This document shows positions 21,993 through 30,098 of a DNA stretch of 64,000 nucleotides, piece after piece (positions within the stretch are counted from its first letter, which is position 1; each line of letters begins with the position of its first letter). The position numbers and the translations under genes are program-made. The DNA is from Nitrospinaceae bacterium (GTDB taxonomy: Bacteria; Nitrospinota; Nitrospinia; Nitrospinales; Nitrospinaceae), in contig OZ250172.1 in NCBI GenBank assembly GCA_965237905.1, forward strand, positions 224,001 to 288,000. The letters are read 5' to 3'. The notes below the pieces were generated by a model. That model was not told the origin of the DNA. It worked only from the letters and a program-made list of their open reading frames with translations, and ran no database searches.

Positions 21993-22479
21993 ATCTGGAC
22001 CTGTGCGCTTCCAGCTCGATCTCGATCATGAACCCGGGCAGGGCGAGCCCTTTGACCTCGAGCCAGGTTCCGGTCGGAAACTGTTTTGTGTAGATCGAGT
22101 TACGATACGAAGCGACCTCGAGAAACTTCGCCATGTTGGTCGTATAGACGTTCTCAACCATCACGTCGTCGAAGGTATAGCCGTAGTGCTTCAGAACCTT
22201 ATCCAGATCGGAGTAAGCGTTTTTCATCTGCTGCTCCAAATCGCCGACAGCTGTCGGGTTGCCCTCATCATCCATGCTCACGGCGCCCGAGATCTTGATG
22301 TCATCACCGATCTTCACGGCATGCGTGTAGCCGTAGGCCTTTTCGACCTCCGGTCGCAAAAGGAAATACTCCGGCATTTCTTTCGCCAGCACGATCGTCT
22401 CGTCGGATTCCGGGCCGGGGCAGCCGGACAGGAAAGCCAGGAAGAGTGTTGCAAGGACGAGCAGTGATTTTTTGTTCAT
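21991..22479 (-). CDS. Rid (YjgF-like) family protein with lipoprotein signal, cassette gene
   Basis: Lipobox LSGC; GYTHAVKIGD, ISGAVS, LALPG.MIEIE; GAGGAG RBS. Confidence 0.85.
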   Translation of the reverse strand: MNKKSLLVLATLFLAFLSGCPGPESDETIVLAKEMPEYFLLRPEVEKAYGYTHAVKIGDDIKISGAVSMDDEGNPTAVGDLEQQMKNAYSDLDKVLKHYGYTFDDVMVENVYTTNMAKFLEVASYRNSIYTKQFPTGTWLEVKGLALPGFMIEIELEAHRSR

Positions 22480-22502
22480 TGTTTTTCTCCTCAGATTTGT
22501 CG

Positions 22503-22619
22503 AATGTCCGCTTTGGGTCGATTCCAGCCACTTAAATTCTTAACTGAGACACACCCTTTAACTGGATAGTGTGCCCCAGTTTAAAACCGGGTGTCTCCAA
22601 ACGATCTAAAGCAGTCACT
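22503..22619. repeat. Full-length inverted-repeat spacer element D (117 nt)
   Basis: Outer arms 20/29 complementary; inner arms 22542-22554 and 22569-22581 11/13 complementary. Confidence 0.9.
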
Positions 22620-22992
22620 CAATATTATCAACCACTTGGCTTGGATAGGACATTTCCAGCACGACACATCCATCCTCTGATTTGAATGGTCCATGTATTT
22701 CACCGGGTGGTCGGCTTGCGTAGTCTCCAGCTTCAAGCCATTGATCAAAAGCAGTATCATAAATTCTGCCTTCCAGTATCATTATTTCTTCCGGGTAATC
22801 ATGACTTTTCTCACCAAATGCGGATGTATCTGCACCGGGTTTGAATCGGGTCAGCCTTGTATAGTCACCGGTTTCATGATCAATGGCTAGAGTCAACTCC
22901 TCCGCATACTCTTCCATACCGTCAATTGGACTCCAAAGAGATTTATTTTCAATCTGCAATGGGTTCCAGTATGTTTTAGTTGTCTTAGCCAT
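22615..22992 (-). CDS. ChrR-like cupin protein, cassette gene
   Basis: TRLTRF.PG, H.YPEE..ILEG, GDYASRPPG..HGPF. Confidence 0.85.
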   Translation of the reverse strand: MAKTTKTYWNPLQIENKSLWSPIDGMEEYAEELTLAIDHETGDYTRLTRFKPGADTSAFGEKSHDYPEEIMILEGRIYDTAFDQWLEAGDYASRPPGEIHGPFKSEDGCVVLEMSYPSQVVDNIE

Positions 22993-23026
22993 TATATATT
23001 CTCCATTAATGACTTACCCATTGTTC

Positions 23027-23449
23027 TTAGCGGATCCAGCCCTTGCTCTCGGCTCGCTTCGAATACCAGATCAAAAACGCCGTCACCACCAACTGCATCA
23101 GAACACCCATCCAAATTTCGAAGGAACTAAATCCGGCCACGCCAAATATATGCATCATTGACACAATCACGCCAAGGAGCGACGCGATTAATACATAGAA
23201 CGCGGCCGACTTCCTGAGCAGAAGCAGGAGACAGCCCAACGTTCCGCCGAAAACGGCTATCGCAAAAGCTGCGGTGGCCCATGCGGGTCGGCCTTCGATT
23301 ATCGGGCGATACGACTCAGGAAACGAGGCGAGCGAGTCTGCATTCATCTGTGCGAAGTAATTGATGGCGCCCATAACATTAAAAATAAGTGTGACAACGC
23401 AAATTATCCAAAAACTCCAATGAACACCACCAACGGTCTCATCGTTCAT
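23027..23449 (-). CDS. 4-TM membrane protein, cassette gene copy 2
   Basis: Differs from copy 1 at two residues in the translation. Confidence 0.85.
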   Translation of the reverse strand: MNDETVGGVHWSFWIICVVTLIFNVMGAINYFAQMNADSLASFPESYRPIIEGRPAWATAAFAIAVFGGTLGCLLLLLRKSAAFYVLIASLLGVIVSMMHIFGVAGFSSFEIWMGVLMQLVVTAFLIWYSKRAESKGWIR

Positions 23450-23483
23450 TACGTCCTCCTTCTGCCTGTAACTCAGTTCATCT

Positions 23484-23571
23484 GAAATTGCAAATAAGGA
23501 AAGTTTTGTTGGGTAAAAGGTGGGCTCGTTGATCAACCCGCTGACGACTCTACTTCTTTATACTTTATACC
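23484..23571 (-). repeat. mtnP upstream segment, copy 3 of 3
   Basis: Direct alignment with 17899-17985, continuing into element F just as copy 1 continues into element A. Confidence 0.85.
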
Positions 23572-23653
23572 CTTGCCCGCTTTTAGCAAAGCTTTGACCG
23601 GGGTGTGTCTCAATTTGAAGGCGACTGTCTCCAAACGACCAAAAGCGGACCTT
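23572..23653. repeat. Inverted-repeat spacer element, right-half copy F
   Basis: cttgcccgctttt...aaaagcggacctt; closely matches copy A; overlaps the stop at 23652. Confidence 0.88.
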
Positions 23654-24089
23654 AACTAGTTACGCTGGCCCACAGATAAACAACAAACGACAACCCGCTG
23701 ACTATGCTCCGTACCCAATGCCGGGGCGCCCATTGATTTAGCAAGTCTTCAGTTTCCGAATCCGAGCGTTGCGCATTTGGATCCAACAACTGATCGTTGA
23801 TCGGCTTGAGCACGACTACCGTGAACGGAATGATGAAAACCAGAAGCGCGGCTCCGATGGCCCAAAGAGGATCGCGTAATAGATACCACTGAATGAGTCC
23901 CGCCAGTGTACCGCCGACCGCTGAGAATATTTGCATAGGCGCGGCGAGATTGTACATCGGAGGAAAAAACTTGGCCGCAAACGGAACGCCTGCTTTCATT
24001 GAGGCCGGATGTTGTGCAACAGAGATGTAAACTGCTGCCCCAAAGAATGTTCCGCACAGAAAAAGCGCGATGATCTCAACGAAAATCAT
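23652..24089 (-). CDS. DUF1772 / anthrone oxygenase-like membrane protein, cassette gene
   Basis: F.GAA.YIS...HP, PFT....PIN.QLL, LL..W...HWVR motifs. Confidence 0.8.
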   Translation of the reverse strand: MIFVEIIALFLCGTFFGAAVYISVAQHPASMKAGVPFAAKFFPPMYNLAAPMQIFSAVGGTLAGLIQWYLLRDPLWAIGAALLVFIIPFTVVVLKPINDQLLDPNAQRSDSETEDLLNQWAPRHWVRSIVSGLSFVVYLWASVTS

Positions 24090-24131
24090 TTGTATTTACC
24101 CGGTTAGTGATTTTACGAAATTGAAACTCAT

Positions 24132-24247
24132 AATGTCTGATTTGGGTCGATTCCAGCCATTTAAATTCCTAACTGACTCACACCCTTTGACCGGATAGTG
24201 CCTCAGTTTGAAGCCGACTGTCTCCAAACAGTCTAGAACGGACGCTT
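24132..24247. repeat. Full-length inverted-repeat spacer element E (116 nt)
   Basis: Colinear with D over its whole length. Confidence 0.9.
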
Positions 24248-24280
24248 CACTACTTAGGGAGATTTTGGAAACCATGAAGT

Positions 24281-24895
24281 TTATCTCTTACGCTCCCATC
24301 GCTTAACATAGTCGTTTATATACCAGTCAAAGAGCTTCTTTAGACTTTCTTCGGAGAAAAGTGATTCATCATATTTTGTCCCGCCTTGTTTTTCTGCGCA
24401 ATCCAGTCTCATGTCTTGAGTATCGGGTCCTTCAGAACCTATGTAACCAAAAACGGGGTTTAATTTTTCGGCAACACCTTTACAACATTCAGCAAATTTT
24501 TGTAGCTTCTTGAAATCAGCTTGGCTGGAATCTTCCGTGAACCCCCAGAGAACATCTTCGCAAATACTGACGGAAACACCAGCATTATCAAAATCAACCA
24601 CAAGAGACAAGTATGTGTATGCATCGACCAACCAGCCGATAAAATTGACTATACAATGGCTTACTTTGTGACCCTCTGTATAAGCCAAAAACTCTTCCAT
24701 CTCTCCCGCAGAAGCGACTTTATCTGGAACGATCGGATCATCACCATAGGCCAACAAAGGTTCTGCTTCTAACAGGGCAAATCCGCGGCTGTTAATTATT
24801 TTTATTAGCGTCAGTAAGCTTCCAACTGGAAGTTCTTTGCATGACAACAAACATTCTAAGTCTGCACCTCCGATAGATGGCTTACGGTGTTCCAT
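24281..24895 (-). CDS. Hypothetical acidic protein, cassette gene
   Basis: 204-aa ORF between element E and stub G. Confidence 0.7.
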   Translation of the reverse strand: MEHRKPSIGGADLECLLSCKELPVGSLLTLIKIINSRGFALLEAEPLLAYGDDPIVPDKVASAGEMEEFLAYTEGHKVSHCIVNFIGWLVDAYTYLSLVVDFDNAGVSVSICEDVLWGFTEDSSQADFKKLQKFAECCKGVAEKLNPVFGYIGSEGPDTQDMRLDCAEKQGGTKYDESLFSEESLKKLFDWYINDYVKRWERKR

Positions 24896-24925
24896 GGTTA
24901 TGGCCTTACAATTTCCATAGGATTG

Positions 24926-24938
24926 AATGTCCGCCTTT
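24926..24938. repeat. Stub G of the spacer element
   Basis: aatgtccgcctt at the gene junction, abutting the stop at 24937. Confidence 0.6.
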
Positions 24939-25620
24939 AAGGCAACTCATTAATTGTTAAGAATCTTTCTGTATCCTCATCACCTAAAAGTAATACAGGT
25001 TCAGGGCCACCATCGAAATTTTTTATTGCGGCAATTAAAAAGTGCTTAGTTTGAGAACGAAGAAATGAATGAGCTTTAATAGTGACTATATGTTTACCAT
25101 CACCTGCCCATGATTTATCTTTATTTTCCCCCCAGTATGGAGAACCTACTGGTATTTCATTTGAAACACGCCTTGGGAAAGTAGCGATTCTGTATTTTTT
25201 ACATAGATTATCTTCAACTAAATCAAATTTATCTTGGGTCAAGATAAATTTACTAACAGCATGATCAATTGAAGCATATTGAGTTACTTGAATTGAAAGA
25301 CGGACATTTTTAATTCTTGTTACAAATTGCAAGCCACAAATTGCCTGATAATAATATTCATTATCTTGAAACTTAGATCCTAATACAAAATGATCTACAA
25401 TAAATATCTTTTGTTTACTTTTGAGCCATTCCCTAAAATTTGATTGCTCATTAAATAGGTCTGAATATATAACACCTATTAAAAAAAATAATGAAACAAC
25501 AAATAGCCATATCCAAGGAAGATTTGCATATTTTGAGTTAAAGTGTTGCGTTAGCCATTGCTGCGATAGCCACACAGTAAGCGTAATAAAGGTAGAAATA
25601 CCTGGCAATGCATACTTCAA
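24937..25620 (-). CDS. Hypothetical AT-rich protein with two N-terminal TM helices
   Basis: 227-aa ORF, GAGGAG before a TTG start 25 nt after the asd stop. Confidence 0.7.
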   Translation of the reverse strand: MKYALPGISTFITLTVWLSQQWLTQHFNSKYANLPWIWLFVVSLFFLIGVIYSDLFNEQSNFREWLKSKQKIFIVDHFVLGSKFQDNEYYYQAICGLQFVTRIKNVRLSIQVTQYASIDHAVSKFILTQDKFDLVEDNLCKKYRIATFPRRVSNEIPVGSPYWGENKDKSWAGDGKHIVTIKAHSFLRSQTKHFLIAAIKNFDGGPEPVLLLGDEDTERFLTINELP

Positions 25621-25645
25621 TATTGGCTCCTCATAATAAGGAAGA

Positions 25646-26659
25646 TTATCTACGGATCAAAACCTCGGCAATCTGGATGGCGTTCAGGGCGGCGCCTTTG
25701 CGTAGATTATCCGCCACAATCCACAGGTTGACGGCACGCGGATTATCGAGGTCGGCGCGGATGCGTCCGACCATCACCTCATCCCTGCCGGCGGCGTCCA
25801 CCGCCAGGGGATATTCGCCTTTCCCCGGAGCGTCCACCAGGCGCACCCCCGGCGCTGAACTCAAAATGTTTTTGAGTTCCTTCACATCTATTACTTGTTC
25901 CGTTTCCACATTGACGGCCTCGGAATGCGCATAAAACACGGGCACGCGAACCGTGGTCGGCGACACTTGAATAGAATCGTCTTCCAGGATTTTCCGGGTC
26001 TCGTTCACCATCTTCATCTCTTCCTTGGTATAACCCGTATCCAGAAACGTATCGATGTGCGGCAGGCAATTGAAAGCGATCTGATGGGGATAGACATCTG
26101 TCTCAGCCGGCTGTTCGTTCAGGACCTGACTGCTTTGCGCTTTCAACTCTTCGATGGCGCTTTGACCCGTGCCCGACACGGACTGGTAAGTCGACACCAC
26201 CACCCGTTTGATCGTGTAGCGGTCATGAATCGGCTTCAACGCCACCACCATCTGGATGGTGGAGCAATTGGGGTTGGCGATGATTCCCGGGTTGTTGCCA
26301 ATGGCGTGCGGGTTGATCTCCGGCACCACCAGCGGAATGCCCTTTTCCATGCGGAAGGCACTGCTGTTATCGATCACCCGGCACCCCGCTTTTGCGGCGA
26401 TGGGGCAAAATTCCAAGCTGACCGATCCCCCGGCGGAGAACAGGGCGATATCCAGTCCTGCAAAGGAATCTGCTTTCAATTCCTGCACGGTAATTTTCTT
26501 GCCATTGAATTCCACCTGCTTGCCGGCCGAACGCGAAGAAGCCAGCGGCACCAGTTTGCCGACGGGAAACTTCCGCTCTTCCAGAATGGACAGCAGAGTC
26601 CGGCCCACCGCTCCGGTGGCTCCGACGACTGCGACATCATATTTAGTCTTCTTTTTCAC
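25646..26659 (-). CDS. asd: Aspartate-semialdehyde dehydrogenase
   Basis: GATGAVG, DNSSAFR, ANPNCST, DNLRKGAALN. Confidence 0.98.
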   Translation of the reverse strand: MKKKTKYDVAVVGATGAVGRTLLSILEERKFPVGKLVPLASSRSAGKQVEFNGKKITVQELKADSFAGLDIALFSAGGSVSLEFCPIAAKAGCRVIDNSSAFRMEKGIPLVVPEINPHAIGNNPGIIANPNCSTIQMVVALKPIHDRYTIKRVVVSTYQSVSGTGQSAIEELKAQSSQVLNEQPAETDVYPHQIAFNCLPHIDTFLDTGYTKEEMKMVNETRKILEDDSIQVSPTTVRVPVFYAHSEAVNVETEQVIDVKELKNILSSAPGVRLVDAPGKGEYPLAVDAAGRDEVMVGRIRADLDNPRAVNLWIVADNLRKGAALNAIQIAEVLIRR

Positions 26660-27750
26660 TACAACTGTTTCTCCAATTCTTCAGCCACCCGGTCTCCCAT
26701 AGCCGCGCAACCGATTTCTTTTCCGCTATTGGACAGGATGTCTCTGGTCCGGTAACCCTGCCCCAATACCTCATCAACTACCTTTTCTAATATAGTATTT
26801 ACATCCTCTAAGCTAAAGGAATACTTGAACATCATACCCACCGACAGAATCGTCGCCAGCGGGTTGGCGATGTCCTTTCCGGCGATATCCGGCGCGCTTC
26901 CATGAATAGGTTCGTACATGGCGGTTTTGCCCCCAAGGCTGGCCGAGGGCAACATGCCGATGGAGCCGGTCAGCATCGACGCCTGGTCGCTCAGGATATC
27001 CCCGAACATGTTGGTGGTCACGATGACGTCGAACTGCTTGGGATTGCGCACCAACTGCATGGCGCAATTGTCCACATACATGTGGGACAGCGTGATGTCC
27101 TTGTAATCTTCATGAACTTTGGTGACGATCTCGCGCCACAGGCCGGTGCATTCCAAAACATTGGCCTTGTCGATGGAGTAAACGTTTTTATCCCGCTTGC
27201 CCGCCACGTCGAAGGCCACCCTGGCGATGCGCTCTATCTCCGGCTCCGTGTAGACCAGCGTGTTGACGCCCTTGCGGGTGCCATCTGCCAGGGTTTCCAC
27301 GCCGCGCGGCTCGCCGAAATAGATGCCGCCGGTCAATTCCCGGACCACCATGATATCCAGTCCCTCCACTACTTCCGGCTTGAGGGTCGATGCCTCCGTC
27401 AGCGGAGCGAAGATTTTGGCGGGGCGCAGATTGGCGAACAATCCCAGGCTGGAACGCAGTCCCAGCAAAGCCCGCTCCGGCCGCAGGGAAAAATCGATCG
27501 TCTCCCACTTCGGCCCTCCGACCGCGCCCAGCAATACCGCATCGGCAGACAGCGCGGCTTTGAGCGTATCTTTCGGCAGAGGATGACCGTCGGCCTCGTA
27601 CCCGGCACCGCCCACGGGAGCTTCTATCAATTTCAGCTTGAGATTCTTTTTGCTCTCGACGATTTTCAGGATTTTTACGGCCTCGCGAATCACTTCGGGA
27701 CCGATGCCGTCTCCGGGTAACACGGTAATATTGAATTTCTGACTCATCAA
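26659..27750 (-). CDS. leuB: 3-isopropylmalate dehydrogenase
   Basis: [39 protein letters not shown]. Confidence 0.98.
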   Translation of the reverse strand: MMSQKFNITVLPGDGIGPEVIREAVKILKIVESKKNLKLKLIEAPVGGAGYEADGHPLPKDTLKAALSADAVLLGAVGGPKWETIDFSLRPERALLGLRSSLGLFANLRPAKIFAPLTEASTLKPEVVEGLDIMVVRELTGGIYFGEPRGVETLADGTRKGVNTLVYTEPEIERIARVAFDVAGKRDKNVYSIDKANVLECTGLWREIVTKVHEDYKDITLSHMYVDNCAMQLVRNPKQFDVIVTTNMFGDILSDQASMLTGSIGMLPSASLGGKTAMYEPIHGSAPDIAGKDIANPLATILSVGMMFKYSFSLEDVNTILEKVVDEVLGQGYRTRDILSNSGKEIGCAAMGDRVAEELEKQL

Positions 27751-27908
27751 AAAAACCCTTCTAAACGCGTTGAATGGATTTGAAAAAGAAGAGCATTATA
27801 CCCGAAAACCCCGTCGCCCTCTACCGAGGGAGGAAACTTGCTATCGGTTAACGGCGAACGACGATCATAGAGCGCAATTCAGAATTTTAAAATTATCCAC
27901 GGCGATTC

Positions 27909-28021
27909 GTAGCCCGATAAATCGGGCAACTACAAAAGCAAAAGGAAGAATCCCCCCAGCCCCCTTTACAAGGGGGAGCTTTAGACCACCCCTCACCCTG
28001 CCCTCTCCCAGGGAGAGAGGA
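27909..28021. repeat. Cluster of REP-like short palindromes
   Basis: gtagcccgataaatcgggcaactac; cccccttt.caagggggag; cccctcaccctgccctctccc.gggagagagg. Confidence 0.65.
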
Positions 28022-28050
28022 GATGTGTGTGATCCTGTTATCCTGTCTGC

Positions 28051-28851
28051 TTAAGGTTTTCTCTGCGTCCTCCGGCCTTTACGTTCTTTTAGCTTTTTTC
28101 CGGTAGGTCTTCTGCCATAGACCACCTTGACCAGGTAGAGTCCGCGGGAGGGAGCGGTGGGGCCGGCCATCAGCCGGTCTTTCGATTTCAGAATTACCTT
28201 CATTTGCTCCGGCGGCCGTTTGCCCCAGCCGATTTCGATCAACGTGCCGACAATGATGCGAACCATGTACTTCAGGAATCCACTGCCATCGACCGTGATC
28301 CGGATAAAATCATCCTCTTTCGCAATGGACAGCCGGTAAATTTCGCGCAGGGTGGTTTTAGAGGTACAGCCGGCGCTCTGGAAGGCTTTGAAATCTTTTC
28401 GTCCCACCAGACACCGGGCGGCCTTTCGCATGGCGGTCACATTCAGCGTCGGAGTCGCGATGTAATGCGCCACCCGGCAGTGCAGGGCCGAGGGGTAATC
28501 CCGGTTCAAAATCGTGTGCCGGTAGGTTTTGCGGGTGGCGGATATCTGCGCATGGAAATCGGGCTTTGCCTCCTCGACCTTTTTCACCACGATATCGGAA
28601 GGAAGCAGGCTGTTCAGAGCTTTCAGAAACTCCCCCGGTGTCATGGCAGAGGATGTTTGAAAATGAGCCACCTGCCCTTCGGCATGCACCCCGGAATCGG
28701 TTCGGCCCGATCCGATCACCCGGATCTTTTCCTGGGTAATTTTATGCAGTTTGGCCTCCAAAACCTCCTGGATGCTCACCTCATTGGGCTGGAGTTGCCA
28801 GCCGTGGTAGCGGGTGCCCTCATATTCCAACAGGAGCTTGATTTTTCTCAT
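28051..28851 (-). CDS. truA: tRNA pseudouridine(38-40) synthase
   Basis: YEGT.YHGWQ, GRTDSGVHA.GQ, GFLKYMVR, TAPSRGLYL. Confidence 0.96.
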   Translation of the reverse strand: MRKIKLLLEYEGTRYHGWQLQPNEVSIQEVLEAKLHKITQEKIRVIGSGRTDSGVHAEGQVAHFQTSSAMTPGEFLKALNSLLPSDIVVKKVEEAKPDFHAQISATRKTYRHTILNRDYPSALHCRVAHYIATPTLNVTAMRKAARCLVGRKDFKAFQSAGCTSKTTLREIYRLSIAKEDDFIRITVDGSGFLKYMVRIIVGTLIEIGWGKRPPEQMKVILKSKDRLMAGPTAPSRGLYLVKVVYGRRPTGKKLKERKGRRTQRKP

Positions 28852-28869
28852 TTTAGGAGACCTCAGCCG

Positions 28870-28911
28870 AAAAATATAAAAAGCGCGCCGGCATTGCACC
28901 GGCGCGCTTTT
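28870..28911 (-). terminator. Strong hairpin terminator just upstream of truA
   Basis: AAAAGCGCGCCGG-7nt-CCGGCGCGCTTTT with T-tracts on both strands. Confidence 0.7.
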
Positions 28912-29195
28912 CTTTTTATTCGACTCCCTTTAAAAACTCAAGGGATTTATCCGATTTTATAATCGGATTTCATGGTGGTCTTTCGTAAATGAATTGTCAG
29001 GTGGTTTCAAGCTCCTTGTATTCTCCTTACAAGTTAGTCAAACCTTCAAGTGGCAATATAATCCCATTTCCTGATTTCGCAACATTTTTCAATTCTGCGG
29101 AACCTTTTCATCCTTTGGACCGCTCTTGTGATACAATACCGCCAATCCAAATAGCCAAGAATCTTGTATCTCTTGTAAAAATAAGGAGTTTATCT

Positions 29196-30089
29196 ATGAA
29201 AACCTATGATGACCTGGCGGGCGACGGCGGGTCCAACGTCATAGAACAAGTTGTTTCCCAAAGAGAAAAACTGCGGAAACGGCTCGATCCCATCAAACAC
29301 AAAATTTCCGTGATGAGCGGTAAGGGCGGCGTCGGAAAAAGTTCCATCACCGCCAATATGGCAGTCTGCCTGGCCTCGCTGGGACATAAAGTGGGTATCC
29401 TGGACGCCGATTTGAACGGTCCCAGCATCGGGAAACTGCTCAATGTGCCCCACTCCGATAAACTGAAAATCGGTCCCGAAGGGGTTCAACCCGCGATCGG
29501 CGCCCTGGGCATCAAAATCATGTCCATGGATATGCTTCTGCCCAGCCCCGATTCGCCGGTCATGTGGAACGAAGGCAAAGACGCCACTGCGGTCTGGATC
29601 AGCATGATGGAATCCCAGGCCCTGCGCGAATTGCTGACCGATACCATCTGGGGCGAGTTGGATTATCTTATCATCGACATGCCGCCCGGAAGCGACCGCA
29701 TCGACAATGTGCGCGACCTGATCCCGGAATTGGCCGGCGTGGTGGAGATCACCATCCCTTCCCCCATTTCCCAGCATATTGTTTCCAAATCGATCACCAA
29801 AAGCAATCAACTCGGGGTTTCCATTATCGGGCTGATCGAAAACATGGCGACTTACGTTTGCCCGCATTGCAATGAAGAGGGCAAGCTGTTTGAAGGCGAA
29901 GACGTGGAAAAACTGTCCAAAGAGAAAAAGATTCCCCTGCTGGGCCGCATCCCGTTCGACACGCGGGTGTCCCGTCAAACCGGATCGGGCAAACTGTTCT
30001 TTGAAGAACACGCCGACTCGGTCACCGGGCAGGCCATTTCTCAGGTGGTCGACAACATATTAAAATTCATCAAAAATAAATCCAATTAA
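29196..30089 (+). CDS. Mrp/NBP35 (ApbC-like) ATPase without DUF59 domain
   Basis: SGKGGVGKS, DADLNGPSI, DMPPG, ENMA.YVCPHC; AAGGAG before ATG 29196. Confidence 0.9.
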   Translation: MKTYDDLAGDGGSNVIEQVVSQREKLRKRLDPIKHKISVMSGKGGVGKSSITANMAVCLASLGHKVGILDADLNGPSIGKLLNVPHSDKLKIGPEGVQPAIGALGIKIMSMDMLLPSPDSPVMWNEGKDATAVWISMMESQALRELLTDTIWGELDYLIIDMPPGSDRIDNVRDLIPELAGVVEITIPSPISQHIVSKSITKSNQLGVSIIGLIENMATYVCPHCNEEGKLFEGEDVEKLSKEKKIPLLGRIPFDTRVSRQTGSGKLFFEEHADSVTGQAISQVVDNILKFIKNKSN

Positions 30090-30098
30090 GGAGCGACA

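Larger units (their letters stand above)
17884..25645. mobile_element. Accessory island: cassette-like gene array between asd and mtnP
   Basis: Short unrelated genes of mixed GC separated by a repeated inverted-repeat element, internal duplications and an integrase remnant, all inside a co-oriented housekeeping run. Confidence 0.75.

Noticed and set aside
21040..24247. CRISPR array
   Set aside because: Repeats are ~116 nt and separated by whole genes; no cas genes
17986..24938. Classical integron (attC array with intI)
   Set aside because: The element ends lack RYYYAAC/GTTRRRY and the recombinase fragment lacks IntI motifs; judged by eye, not by covariance model
27770..28054. 94-aa ORF between leuB and truA
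   Set aside because: It is a translation of REP-like repeats (PLTLPSP pattern)
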